From the sequence record PZ452602.1: a stretch of DNA of 64,000 nt; one strand, written 5' to 3'. The position numbers and the translations under genes were made by a program. The stretch comes from a phage. Shown here piece by piece: positions 18,534 to 29,408 of the stretch. The first letter of the stretch is position 1, and every line of letters starts with the position of its first letter. The notes beneath the pieces were generated by a model. The model ran no database searches, was not told where the DNA came from, and saw only the letters and a program-made list of their open reading frames with translations.

Positions 18534-19853
18534 TCACACATAAAACACATCATAACGACCACGGGTAACACCAACATAAAGAAGTTGTTGGGCCAATTCA
18601 GCATCTGCATAATGAATACAAGGCGTATAAATGAAAGCACGGTCTACAGACATACCCTGAGCTTTATGGAATGTTGATGCAGGAAGTGCTTTCACTTTAC
18701 TAAACTGTGATTTAGCATCCCAAAAATCACTCCACGGAGCTTTTCCGCCTTTGTTCCAATTTTTATAAGTTTCTGCCGTTTTACCTAAAAATAGGTTAAA
18801 CTTATATAGCTCTTCATCAGATGAAATTATTTTAATCTTTTCACGATAATATTCATCATCGCCGTAAGTTTCTACTGTTAAATCCCAATGACGAATTAAG
18901 TATTCTCCAGGAACACCACGAGCTTTAACAAACGTCGATGTATACTCTGCTTCTATAATACGAACTAATTGTCCGTTATTAAAAATAATTTCTGACACAG
19001 GCTTTCCATCAATTTTATATGTTTTAATTAATGGTTCCTGCATTACAATAATTTCACCTACAATAAAATCTTTATCAGTTTCAAAAATCTTTTTACGAAT
19101 AATGCTATTTAACTTGTCAACAGATTTATTCGTAAATGCCATTACGCGATTTTCAAACAAATCATCTAATGATTTTACGATTGAAAAATAATTTACCATA
19201 AAATCGCGTAAAGCGGTATCACCAGTAAATCCACGTACTCCATGCCCGTCAACAACTTTATCATAAATCCACTTACCGTTGCGAACATCAGTAGCTACAT
19301 CAATAATAGGAGCATTACTACGTTTAACTTCAGTAAGTTCACACTGATAAAAATCTTTGTGTGTAAAGAATGGACTGATATAAGCAGTATTTTCTCCTGG
19401 ATCAACAGGTCTAATTTGCTTATTATCACCTATTCCAATTATAGTACACCACGGCGGGATAGTTGAAAGCAGAATTTTAAATAGCTTTCTATCATACATT
19501 GACACTTCGTCGCAGATTAATACCCTGCATTTGGCTAAATCTGGTACTTCTTTTTGTTCAAAAAGAACGTTTTCTTCATATGTTACCGGGTTAATTTTAA
19601 GAATGCTGTGAATAGTACTCGCTTCTTTCCCTGATAGTTTTGAAAGAATCTTTTTAGCTGCATGAGTAGGAGCTGCTAAAATAATACCAGTTTCACCCGT
19701 AGATATTAAAGCTTCAATGATGAATTTAGTAAGAGTAGTCTTACCGGTACCAGCAGGTCCATTAATAGTTACATGATGTTTCTTTTCTTTAATAGCCTTC
19801 ATAACAATGTTAAAGGCATTTTTCTGGCCTTCGGTCAAATCATCAAATGTCAT
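18534..19853 (-). CDS. dda: Dda DNA helicase (SF1B)
   Basis: 439 aa as recalled for T4 Dda; Walker A GPAGTGKT, Walker B LICDEVSM. Confidence 0.95.
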   Translation of the reverse strand: MTFDDLTEGQKNAFNIVMKAIKEKKHHVTINGPAGTGKTTLTKFIIEALISTGETGIILAAPTHAAKKILSKLSGKEASTIHSILKINPVTYEENVLFEQKEVPDLAKCRVLICDEVSMYDRKLFKILLSTIPPWCTIIGIGDNKQIRPVDPGENTAYISPFFTHKDFYQCELTEVKRSNAPIIDVATDVRNGKWIYDKVVDGHGVRGFTGDTALRDFMVNYFSIVKSLDDLFENRVMAFTNKSVDKLNSIIRKKIFETDKDFIVGEIIVMQEPLIKTYKIDGKPVSEIIFNNGQLVRIIEAEYTSTFVKARGVPGEYLIRHWDLTVETYGDDEYYREKIKIISSDEELYKFNLFLGKTAETYKNWNKGGKAPWSDFWDAKSQFSKVKALPASTFHKAQGMSVDRAFIYTPCIHYADAELAQQLLYVGVTRGRYDVFYV

Positions 19854-20161
19854 CGGAAAGTCCCTGCAATTGGAATACTAACAATACGCCCAGTATCTAA
19901 AATTCGCTGATATAATCTTTGTGTGTCTACGTCAGGCTTAACATGTTTAACTTCTATTTTATTAAACCAAAACTTGCGTGGAGTCTCAACTAATCTTGGA
20001 ATTCCCTTACCTAAAGCTAATCGATACTGCTCTTTAAGAGTAGTAAATACTTTATCAGCAATATTCCATTCAAAAAATACAGCAGGACGATGTTCATCAA
20101 GCGGAACTGGCGCCGTAAATCCGTCTTTGTCTCGGTAAACTATCGCATATACATAAACCAT
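19850..20161 (-). CDS. hypothetical protein (dda.1 position)
   Basis: 103 aa; 4-nt overlap with dda. Confidence 0.6.
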   Translation of the reverse strand: MVYVYAIVYRDKDGFTAPVPLDEHRPAVFFEWNIADKVFTTLKEQYRLALGKGIPRLVETPRKFWFNKIEVKHVKPDVDTQRLYQRILDTGRIVSIPIAGTFR

Positions 20162-20162
20162 A

Positions 20163-20909
20163 TTATCCTCGGATAAGTTTAAAAATTGAACAATTCAGCG
20201 GATATCCTCTTTTCAGTTTAAGTTTATCAATAAAAGACAAGTTTTGATACCGCTCTACACCTTGAATAATTTTATCACACATATCATATTGCATTTCTGC
20301 TTCTGACAACTTTTTCACAGTTTTCCAATCCGAGCCTTTAAGAAGAACGTTCAATTTAACAACTTCAGCGCCTTCTGCTATACGAGAACCATCAATACGA
20401 GCTTTAAGTGCTATAATTCTTAGCTTAATGTCAGAGGTCTGTTTTGATTTAGAAAGCTGAGAAATGTGTTCAATTCGGTTTTCACGTTTTTTCTGTATAG
20501 CTTTAATTTGATTATAAGTCTTTTTGATTTTAGCCCATTTCTTTTCATCTAAATTTAGTTTATGAACTTTTTTCGCAGATGAACGACCAATTCGCAAAGC
20601 AAACAAATCACGTTTTTCAATTAACTCCTCTAAAGTATAATCAGAACGAAATGTATTATACTTTTTCTTTACTGCAATAACATTCCCTTTAATGTATCCA
20701 ACGTTATTATCAAAACGTTCTAATGATAGTTTCTCTCCTTCAATACGATTATCAAAAGGTTCTCCCGAGTAAGCGCAAACTTTCTGATCTAAAATGTTCT
20801 TAATGTAATTGAAGTCTAAGTTAAAATCTTTAGAACGTCTTTTTGCAGATGCCTGAGTATGCTCTAAACGACGTTTAATTTTACGAATTTGATTATTAGA
20901 CAGTTTCAT
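20163..20909 (-). CDS. Srd-like basic protein (positional); contains degenerate HNH-like segment
   Basis: 248 aa between dda.1 and modA; Lys/Arg-rich; segment CAYSGEPF...LERFDNNVGYIKGNV resembles a beta-beta-alpha-Me motif without catalytic His. Confidence 0.5.
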   Translation of the reverse strand: MKLSNNQIRKIKRRLEHTQASAKRRSKDFNLDFNYIKNILDQKVCAYSGEPFDNRIEGEKLSLERFDNNVGYIKGNVIAVKKKYNTFRSDYTLEELIEKRDLFALRIGRSSAKKVHKLNLDEKKWAKIKKTYNQIKAIQKKRENRIEHISQLSKSKQTSDIKLRIIALKARIDGSRIAEGAEVVKLNVLLKGSDWKTVKKLSEAEMQYDMCDKIIQGVERYQNLSFIDKLKLKRGYPLNCSIFKLIRG

Positions 20910-21032
20910 ATTTTTCTCACATCTTACGGACGGTTAACTACTTATACTATAACATTTTTACTTTAACTTGTAAACAACTTTATGTAAAAATGCTTTAAAA
21001 ATTTCATGGTATAATGAATCTAAGTCCTTCCA

Positions 21033-21635
21033 TTATAGATTAAATCCTTCAAAATCAAGAGTATAGATAGTGTATGTTGAATACTTTTTGTACTCATATC
21101 TATCTGCAATTCTAAATACACTTCCAGCTGGTATCATTACTTCTTGTTCATCTGAAACTAATTCCATATTACGATAGCGATGACTATCCGGAAACTTAAA
21201 GTTTGGATTGTATTCTTTACAGCGTAGAGCTTTTATAGCATACTCCTGGAAATTGAATACCATAGGAGCTTTGAATTCAAAAATAACTTGTGTGTTATAC
21301 TCTAAACCGGAAGCAAAATGTAGAGCTATATTTTTATCATATGAAGCTGATACGACTTTATCAAATGTAATAATATCAATTCCTTGATTTAACACCTGCT
21401 TAGTCTCAGCTGGAACACCTCTCCAAAGAGGTTTATCGTTTGGAACCAAACGATATTTGATTATTTCATTTAACCAAGTATGGTCATCTGGTTTGTTGGT
21501 AATACAATGAATTAAAAGTTCAATTTCAGATAAATTAAACCCTTCAGAAAGTAATTCTTCACGAATAGAAGCACGCACCGATGCATCCATTGATTTTATT
21601 TTAAAATCTTTTAGTTGCATTACTGAGTATTTCAT
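21033..21635 (-). CDS. modA: ADP-ribosyltransferase ModA
   Basis: 200 aa; R-S-E ART motifs (LWRGV, SASY, EQEVMIP). Confidence 0.8.
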   Translation of the reverse strand: MKYSVMQLKDFKIKSMDASVRASIREELLSEGFNLSEIELLIHCITNKPDDHTWLNEIIKYRLVPNDKPLWRGVPAETKQVLNQGIDIITFDKVVSASYDKNIALHFASGLEYNTQVIFEFKAPMVFNFQEYAIKALRCKEYNPNFKFPDSHRYRNMELVSDEQEVMIPAGSVFRIADRYEYKKYSTYTIYTLDFEGFNL

Positions 21636-22255
21636 TCAACTACCTCAATATCATAAACTTTAAATGTTCCAAATGAATCGTGTAATTTTTCTTTTGAAAT
21701 AGAAGTTATTTTATACTTTCCAATTGGAATCATCCATTCTTGTTCATGTACAATCATCATTAAGTTATCAGTACGCTCTGAATCTAATCCATCAGTGTCT
21801 TCATACGTGTACTTAAACTCAGTATTAGGAGAAGAAAGTATAATATCGCTGATATGGTCAGAGTAATTAAAAGCTTTATCAGTTTTTAAACGAAGTATTG
21901 TTTCAGTGAAATATTCAGCATAAGAAAAAGAACACGCTGTATGCAAACTAGTAGTAAATGAATCTACCCTGTTAGTTGAAAACACTTCTCCAACTTGTAA
22001 ATCTTTAATAAGTTCTTTTGTCGATTTTGATATACCACGATATAACTGATAAGGCGATTTAGTTAAATGCTTTTTAATGATTTTATTCAATTGCCGATGA
22101 AGAGCTTCATTCTTTTTAGCTTCCATACATTGCCAAAGAACAGACTGCTCAAAGTCAGTAAATTTTTCACAGACTTTTTTATACATATCATATTGAAAAT
22201 CAACGCTTTCAGCTTTTATAGATAACTGTTCAACATCTGCAGGATTAATAATCAT
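21632..22255 (-). CDS. modB: ADP-ribosyltransferase ModB
   Basis: 207 aa; ART motifs (LYRGI, STN, EQEWMIP); paralog of ModA. Confidence 0.8.
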   Translation of the reverse strand: MIINPADVEQLSIKAESVDFQYDMYKKVCEKFTDFEQSVLWQCMEAKKNEALHRQLNKIIKKHLTKSPYQLYRGISKSTKELIKDLQVGEVFSTNRVDSFTTSLHTACSFSYAEYFTETILRLKTDKAFNYSDHISDIILSSPNTEFKYTYEDTDGLDSERTDNLMMIVHEQEWMIPIGKYKITSISKEKLHDSFGTFKVYDIEVVE

Positions 22256-22322
22256 GATAGCCTCCGTATACTTCAGAAGCTATCATATCATCGTTAGAAA
22301 GGAAAGTAAACAACTTTTTAAA

Positions 22323-22505
22323 TTATTTTGCCCAGGGAGCCCAAGGCGGAGGGTCAAGATGGTATGAAGCCAGTTCTTCTAGAAGAGCATCTGGGGCTTC
22401 AATTCCATAATTCTGTAATACTATACGGTATTCTTTCTTATAATCACTAGAATCATTCTGGATATTCGTAGAATGATTATCTTCTAACATCTCAAATAAA
22501 TCCAT
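22323..22505 (-). CDS. small hypothetical protein
   Basis: 60-aa ORF. Confidence 0.45.
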   Translation of the reverse strand: MDLFEMLEDNHSTNIQNDSSDYKKEYRIVLQNYGIEAPDALLEELASYHLDPPPWAPWAK

Positions 22506-22513
22506 ACTAATTC

Positions 22514-22984
22514 CTAGCGATAAAAACCAAATTGACGATTAGTTTCAATGATCTTTCTTTCTTCTTCGGACATTCTCCAGCGTAGTCCAACATCAAAATG
22601 AGCCCAGACCATCCTAACAAATGCATTTATATCTTTAATATCTTCAATAATGAATGTTTTACTTTTAGAAGGTTGACTCGCTAATTTAACTTTATCGTCT
22701 TCAAACATGTCAAAAAGACCATATTCATGAGCTCTTTTATAGCCTTTAATAGTTAAAGCTTCAGAAGAAGAAAATGGTGAATCTGTATTCTGCAAAATAT
22801 CTTCAGTACGCTTTATAATTAGAATAACATTTTCTGGATATTTTCTTTCTTTTATATCTTTAATTAAAATATCTGGATTTTCTGCTAAAGGAATAATTAA
22901 TGAGCACTTTTTATCAAGTGTATTTACTGATTTACCTTCTTTAGACATAAATTCTATTGAATATAATTTTGCTACTTCAATCAT
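22514..22984 (-). CDS. hypothetical protein
   Basis: 156-aa ORF; start overlaps upstream small ORF stop. Confidence 0.55.
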   Translation of the reverse strand: MIEVAKLYSIEFMSKEGKSVNTLDKKCSLIIPLAENPDILIKDIKERKYPENVILIIKRTEDILQNTDSPFSSSEALTIKGYKRAHEYGLFDMFEDDKVKLASQPSKSKTFIIEDIKDINAFVRMVWAHFDVGLRWRMSEEERKIIETNRQFGFYR

Positions 22985-23141
22985 GTGATTTCCTTTTGCC
23001 TACTAATGGACCGTCAGGAATTTTATTTTCCTGGATATACTTCTCATTTTCTTCCATCATTTTACTGCCAATTTTAAGAAGCAAATCCAATGCTTCATTT
23101 GCTTTATCCTTAGCCTCTTCTAACGTCATGTTCTTGTTCAT
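22981..23141 (-). CDS. small hypothetical protein (about 53 aa)
   Basis: Hand-read [24 protein letters not shown]... coupled by ATGA overlaps on both sides; coordinates approximate. Confidence 0.4.
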
Positions 23142-23341
23142 GATTTATCACCATAGATGTCTCTCATCAATTTAAGTGCTGAGCGTTCTAATTTCTTTTC
23201 TTTCTCAGCACTAATCATTGATTTCATCCATTCTTCCGATTCGTTCTGCATTTCTTTATTTGCCTGTTCAACCCAACCATCATCAATATACATTGAGTTT
23301 GGTCTATTGAACCATTCAAGCATTTTCTTCAGAACTTTCAT
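23138..23341 (-). CDS. small hypothetical protein
   Basis: 67-aa ORF. Confidence 0.5.
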   Translation of the reverse strand: MKVLKKMLEWFNRPNSMYIDDGWVEQANKEMQNESEEWMKSMISAEKEKKLERSALKLMRDIYGDKS

Positions 23342-23813
23342 TTGTTTTACCTAAAACGATAGTATGGACACCGTCAAATTCATGAATTTTTAGCAAATTT
23401 GGATTTAAATTATTCCATAAAGAGGTAATAAAATATGATAGCGCACTTTCGTCCGTAATTATAAATTTATTTCCCTTATCAATTTTCCAGTCATATATTG
23501 AATCATATGAATAGAAGGATAACGGTTTATTATTATAGTATGCTTCAGCAACATCAATATAGTTAGATTTAGTAAATGCTTGAATTGCCATAAATGGAGA
23601 ATTTTGTACAGTTTCAATAATTCCGATCTTTTTAAGTTTTATTTCAACATCTTCTGGAACTGGCATTGAAATAAAATCTTCTACTAGATACATGTCATTG
23701 TCATATCTTTTATCAATCATTACTGCTACTGTAATTGGAACATCCTTGACAAACGCCATACTAATACTATTGATAGACATTTCAAATAAAATCGCTTCCA
23801 TAATTTTCCTCAA
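23316..23813 (-). CDS. hypothetical protein
   Basis: 165-aa ORF. Confidence 0.55.
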   Translation of the reverse strand: MRKIMEAILFEMSINSISMAFVKDVPITVAVMIDKRYDNDMYLVEDFISMPVPEDVEIKLKKIGIIETVQNSPFMAIQAFTKSNYIDVAEAYYNNKPLSFYSYDSIYDWKIDKGNKFIITDESALSYFITSLWNNLNPNLLKIHEFDGVHTIVLGKTNESSEENA

Positions 23814-24151
23814 TCACAAGATGTAGATGAACAACCAGAATCACAAGAACTTCCACATGAATCGCCCGTCAATACATGAACAGGAACATTAGTATCATAT
23901 GAATCAGAACTAGACTGTGTATTCTGTGCATTAGATGATGTAGTAGGTACTGACCAGCGCCAAGGATTTTTATAATATTCTTGGGCTTCTTCATAAGTCA
24001 TAGTAACTGCTTCTACTGTTCCATCTCCCATATAAACATACTCAACTACAGTTAAAGGAAGGTAGTCATTTGAAATAGGAACTACACCTTCTCCAGGAGT
24101 CGTAGAGAAAAAATCTGTAAAGAAACTTTTAAACCAATTAAAGATAAACAT
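23810..24151 (-). CDS. hypothetical protein with Ser/Cys-rich C-terminal tail
   Basis: 113 aa; C-terminus [18 protein letters not shown]. Confidence 0.55.
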   Translation of the reverse strand: MFIFNWFKSFFTDFFSTTPGEGVVPISNDYLPLTVVEYVYMGDGTVEAVTMTYEEAQEYYKNPWRWSVPTTSSNAQNTQSSSDSYDTNVPVHVLTGDSCGSSCDSGCSSTSCD

Positions 24152-24357
24152 TACAAAAAGCCTCTCTTAAATTCGACTTGCTTCTCGCCATAATCATATC
24201 GAATCTCTGCATTAAATTCGACAGAACCATCTGCGTACATCATAAATGAATGCACAACAACTTCTGTAGACCATGGCTGTAGTTCATATTTCTTCATTAC
24301 ATGTCGTGAAATGATAATATCTAAATCTTCATTTGGTTTAATCCAGCGATTTAACAT
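24151..24357 (-). CDS. small hypothetical protein
   Basis: 68-aa ORF, start overlaps neighbour stop. Confidence 0.5.
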   Translation of the reverse strand: MLNRWIKPNEDLDIIISRHVMKKYELQPWSTEVVVHSFMMYADGSVEFNAEIRYDYGEKQVEFKRGFL

Positions 24358-24421
24358 AGTGCTCTCCTCTATAAGATAATTCTATTATACCATACTCATT
24401 TTGGAAAGTAAACCATTTAAA

Positions 24422-24448
24422 TGAAAAAAGGACTCCCGAAGGAGTCCT
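24422..24448 (-). terminator. rho-independent terminator downstream of soc (AGGACUCC-UUCG-GGAGUCCU + UUUUUU)
   Basis: 8-bp stem, UUCG loop, U6 tail on minus strand. Confidence 0.75.
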
Positions 24449-24453
24449 TGAAT

Positions 24454-24699
24454 TTATTCACCAGTTACTTTCCACAAATCTTCGTTTGCAGTAATCCATT
24501 CAGTACGTTGATTTTCTTCATATACTGTAGAATATGCTGCTTTTTCTGAAGGGAATATCTGGTAATGAGCACCAGAAATTTTGTGAACGTCAGAATAAAG
24601 AGGGAAAGCTACAGAAATTTCCTTTCCTTCAATTTTCTTATTTCCATCTAATTTCTGCTCAAATGTTTTGATATTAACATAACCGCGAGTACTAGCCAT
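24454..24699 (-). CDS. soc: small outer capsid protein Soc
   Basis: 81 aa, MASTRGYVNIKTFEQKLDGNKKIEGKEISVAFPLYSDVHKISGAHYQIF...; near-identical to T4 Soc as recalled. Confidence 0.95.
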   Translation of the reverse strand: MASTRGYVNIKTFEQKLDGNKKIEGKEISVAFPLYSDVHKISGAHYQIFPSEKAAYSTVYEENQRTEWITANEDLWKVTGE

Positions 24700-24729
24700 G
24701 TAATTCTCCTTTTATTTAAATTACATGAT

Positions 24730-24737
24730 TATTTATA
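24730..24737 (-). promoter_or_regulatory. late promoter TATAAATA upstream of soc
   Basis: Exact TATAAATA on minus strand about 30 nt upstream of soc ATG. Confidence 0.6.
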
Positions 24738-24782
24738 ATAAATTCTCGCGGCTTTTAAGTCGTCGTTTATTTAAACGAGCTA

Positions 24783-25301
24783 TTAATAGCCTCGATCTTG
24801 ACGAGCGAAGTTTTCGGCATTTTTCAGATAATAAAGTTTAAAGATTTCTTCAGCTGACATTCCAAGAGCAATGAATTTATTCATGAAAAAGTGAAATTGG
24901 TCAATTAGTTCAAATTTAATTTCAAGTTGATCTTCAGGAGATAAATCTTGAATTTTCTTGGATTGCATTTCAGAATAACGTTTCTTCCAAGGTTTCCATA
25001 CAGCAGAAGCTTCTTTTTCACCATTACTCATACCACCAAGAGAAGTATATAGCTCGCGAGTTTCATCTGCGATATAATCGTCTTGGTTTCGCAACCAAGC
25101 AAGAACTTCTCCTGCAGTTTCAAGTGAATCAGGATGACGATTTGTTTCTGGTTTATCATTAGCCAAACGAATCTGTAAATGCCGCTGCATGTCAAGCATA
25201 ACCTGCAATGGGTCAATACTGTGCATAATATACTCAGCATATGCACGATTTGCTTTATCAACACCTTCGATCAAATGAGCACATTCATTAAAGTGAGCCA
25301 T
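24783..25301 (-). CDS. 56: dCTP pyrophosphatase gp56 (MazG-like)
   Basis: Track ORF trimmed to MAHFNECAHLIEG...; about 172 aa; position soc-56-dam. Confidence 0.88.
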   Translation of the reverse strand: MAHFNECAHLIEGVDKANRAYAEYIMHSIDPLQVMLDMQRHLQIRLANDKPETNRHPDSLETAGEVLAWLRNQDDYIADETRELYTSLGGMSNGEKEASAVWKPWKKRYSEMQSKKIQDLSPEDQLEIKFELIDQFHFFMNKFIALGMSAEEIFKLYYLKNAENFARQDRGY

Positions 25302-25361
25302 TATTTTTCCTTTCAATTCATTAATAAGTTAAATAATTATATCATTTGAGTATGTAAGCAA

Positions 25362-26701
<1,340 letters not shown>

Positions 26702-26722
26702 TATATCATCCTCAGCAATTTA

Positions 26723-26760
26723 TTTTATAATACCATAACAAGCTGAGAAAGTAAACAAAT
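26723..26760 (-). promoter_or_regulatory. T4-type early promoter (GTTTAC-N18-TATTAT)
   Basis: Minus strand TTTGTTTACTTTCTCAGCTTGTTATGGTATTAT then GAGGATGA SD. Confidence 0.65.
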
Positions 26761-26791
26761 TTATGATAAATATTAATTTAAAGGAGGACAT

Positions 26792-26992
26792 ATGGTACAA
26801 AAATTAATGGCACTTGTTAATGCCATAAAAGGTAATAAGAAACGTATAGCTTTTACTATTTCTGCTATGGTAGGAATTTTACTCTGGAACTTTATTTTAT
26901 CACCTGTTGCAATTGCACATGGTATTAATATTCCAGTAGTTACTCTTGATACATTCGTAGATTTAGCATTTGCTTTAGTTGGGTTAATTTAA
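26792..26992 (+). CDS. small hydrophobic protein on the opposite (plus) strand
   Basis: 66 aa, MVQKLMALVNAIKGNKKRIAFTISAMVGILLWNFIL...; near-consensus SD AAGGAGGA 6 nt before ATG; convergent with gene 61. Confidence 0.45.
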   Translation: MVQKLMALVNAIKGNKKRIAFTISAMVGILLWNFILSPVAIAHGINIPVVTLDTFVDLAFALVGLI

Positions 26993-28017
26993 ATCTTGGC
27001 ATATTTAGATAGCCGCATTTTAGCCATCAACCCCTGTGCAATATTATTTTTCATATATTCCATAATTTGTTCAGGGGTTGCACCTTCCTTTCTAATCATA
27101 TCATTAACATCTTTTGATTTCCAGGGAGATTTATCCCAAAACATAACCCTTTCTCCTGCATCAACTAATTTAGTCATTCGCTTAATAGTGTCAGGATGAC
27201 GAGGTTCATTATCTAAAACCCACACACGTCTATCTTTAAATGGAACAACTTCTAGGTCTAATTGACCACCCGTAATAGCTATACCATTTTCAATAAAAAG
27301 TGAATCTATAGGTCCTTCTAGAACATATACATCACCATCTTTAACTCGTTCGACTCCATAGATTTTTGTTGCTTCAGGATAAGCTTTGATGGTGATATAT
27401 TTTTGGGGAGCATCTTTCTTTAATGCACGTCCTTGAAAAGACTCAGCTTTTCCATTAGCATTATAAATTGGAATAACAAGACGAGGCTCAGGTATTTCCT
27501 TTTTATATGTTCCCGGTGCTATGCTATTAACTAATTTAGGCCATTCGGTTGTAAACCAAAGATATTTCCATTTATCCTTTGGAATACAACGAGCTTTTAC
27601 GTATTTTATAATTGGATGGTCTTCCGCCAGTTTATCTAATCTAACACATGACGGAAGAGATTTAATTATTTTCTTTTCAGGTTGTTTAGGAAGTTCTTTA
27701 GGTTTTTCTACTGGACGACTTTTACCTTTTTCTTTTCTTATTTCAAAGATATACTCACGATATAAATCAGGTTCAAACTCCTTTAAATATATTCCGATTG
27801 GCGCATGATAGTTACAGTTATAACAATGAATATTTCCTTCATTATTATCACCATAATACCATCCACGAGCTTTATTCTGGTCGGTTTTTGAATCTCCGCA
27901 AACAGGGCATCTAAACCGTAATTTAAAAGTTGAACTATTATTTACTTGTGTGAATTTAGGTAAATGGGCTAATGCACGATACGCAAACTCATTATCAATC
28001 CAAGGTATTGATGACAT
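26989..28017 (-). CDS. 61: DNA primase gp61
   Basis: 342 aa as recalled for T4 gp61; N-terminal zinc ribbon CPVCGDS...CYNC. Confidence 0.95.
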   Translation of the reverse strand: MSSIPWIDNEFAYRALAHLPKFTQVNNSSTFKLRFRCPVCGDSKTDQNKARGWYYGDNNEGNIHCYNCNYHAPIGIYLKEFEPDLYREYIFEIRKEKGKSRPVEKPKELPKQPEKKIIKSLPSCVRLDKLAEDHPIIKYVKARCIPKDKWKYLWFTTEWPKLVNSIAPGTYKKEIPEPRLVIPIYNANGKAESFQGRALKKDAPQKYITIKAYPEATKIYGVERVKDGDVYVLEGPIDSLFIENGIAITGGQLDLEVVPFKDRRVWVLDNEPRHPDTIKRMTKLVDAGERVMFWDKSPWKSKDVNDMIRKEGATPEQIMEYMKNNIAQGLMAKMRLSKYAKI

Positions 28018-28019
28018 TT

Positions 28020-28184
28020 TTACTCTTCTTTTTCTTTAGATTCCTCTTTTTTCTTTTTAGGAATCTGTTCAGGACCTTTATTTACTACAGCACCTGATGT
28101 TGTTCCAGTAGAGATATTTTCAGGATTACCACCTGAATCTCCAGCAACCATATCTTCTTTAATAAATTCTTTATATGTTTTCAT
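28020..28184 (-). CDS. small Lys/Glu-rich protein (54 aa)
   Basis: Hand-read ORF MKTYKEFIKEDMVAGDSGGNPENI...; below track threshold. Confidence 0.4.
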   Translation of the reverse strand: MKTYKEFIKEDMVAGDSGGNPENISTGTTSGAVVNKGPEQIPKKKKEESKEKEE

Positions 28185-28185
28185 A

Positions 28186-28542
28186 TTAACCTCTATTCAT
28201 AAAAGCATTAAAAATTTGGTCATCAATAGATGGCGCAGTAATATTTTCTGCATCATTTAGCAAATCATTAATTTCATCGGATAGCATAACGCATGTACCT
28301 TTATTTCCTGTAATTGTTACTGCGCAATTACGAACGTTTTCTTTATTAAATTTTAGGTTAATATTTTCGTAATGAAAATCCTTTAATGCTGAATATATTT
28401 TTAAAATAAAATTGTCTTTTACTACAATAAACCCAACCTCACTATTAAAACGTGGTTCATGGAAACTGTAATAAACCTTTTCATCTATAAAATCGTATGA
28501 AATTTTTTCCATTTTTAAATATGAAAATTCAGAACTATACAT
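28186..28542 (-). CDS. hypothetical protein (61.x)
   Basis: 118-aa ORF. Confidence 0.55.
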   Translation of the reverse strand: MYSSEFSYLKMEKISYDFIDEKVYYSFHEPRFNSEVGFIVVKDNFILKIYSALKDFHYENINLKFNKENVRNCAVTITGNKGTCVMLSDEINDLLNDAENITAPSIDDQIFNAFMNRG

Positions 28543-28554
28543 ACTAACCTCTAA

Positions 28555-28848
28555 TTACTCACCTACCACTTCAGCGATGATATTTTTATTATTAAAGTTT
28601 TTATCGCAATACAGAACATAATTATACTGCATTACACCACCAGACTTAAGTTGTTTTTGCACTTCAGCTTTCATTTTAGGACGATCGCGCTCAACAATAT
28701 TCATAATATCCGCTTCAATTTGAGTTTCAACTTCAGTCTGATCTGCAGTCATAGACCATTCACACAAGTCTTTATCATATCCTGCCATAGCAGGTTGAGC
28801 AGCACAAGAAGCCAAAGTAAAAATTGTAGCAAAAATAAATTTTTTCAT
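28555..28848 (-). CDS. sp: Spackle periplasmic protein
   Basis: 97 aa with N-terminal signal peptide (MKKFIFATIFTLASCAAQPAMA); position between 61 and 41. Confidence 0.85.
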   Translation of the reverse strand: MKKFIFATIFTLASCAAQPAMAGYDKDLCEWSMTADQTEVETQIEADIMNIVERDRPKMKAEVQKQLKSGGVMQYNYVLYCDKNFNNKNIIAEVVGE

Positions 28849-28908
28849 GATAATCTCCTCAGTAGTTTATGTTTATATAGTATCTCAATTTCCAACAAAA
28901 GTAAACAG

Positions 28909-29166
28909 CTATTTTAAAACTTCTGCATAATCACATGTTACAAAATGTTTCTCTAGCTTAACGATCTTACGAAAATGCCTTTTACACTGACGAATCTGCC
29001 TCTTCGTAGGACGTACAACAAACTTAATAAATTCCACTCGACCAAATGGAGGGCTTTCTTCTGCTGGAATATCTAACACCAATTCCCATGTATCCGCAAT
29101 AAGTGCTTTGAATTGAGTATTTTTCCTGACGTTATACGGAGTAGGTTTAAATAAAACAATATGCAT
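28909..29166 (-). CDS. hypothetical protein (61.4 position)
   Basis: 85-aa ORF. Confidence 0.55.
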   Translation of the reverse strand: MHIVLFKPTPYNVRKNTQFKALIADTWELVLDIPAEESPPFGRVEFIKFVVRPTKRQIRQCKRHFRKIVKLEKHFVTCDYAEVLK

Positions 29167-29167
29167 A

Positions 29168-29350
29168 TTATCCTCGGTAATCTACTTCACATACTTTCTT
29201 GTCATCAATGAAAGCTTTAACTAATGCTTTATTAACTTCAGCATATTGAGTAGTAGCCCATTGAACGTCATCTTTCATCATTGTGATTTCTTTAGTAAAC
29301 ATGCTTTCATTCTTAAACCACCCCATAAAAACTACCTTTACCAATTCCAT
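29168..29350 (-). CDS. dmd: Dmd antitoxin (inhibitor of RnlA/LsoA)
   Basis: 60 aa, immediately upstream of 41 as T4 61.5/dmd. Confidence 0.75.
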   Translation of the reverse strand: MELVKVVFMGWFKNESMFTKEITMMKDDVQWATTQYAEVNKALVKAFIDDKKVCEVDYRG

Positions 29351-29408
29351 AACAATCTCCTCATTTAACCAACAAGACTACTATACCATAGTCTTGTCAG
29401 TTTGTAAA

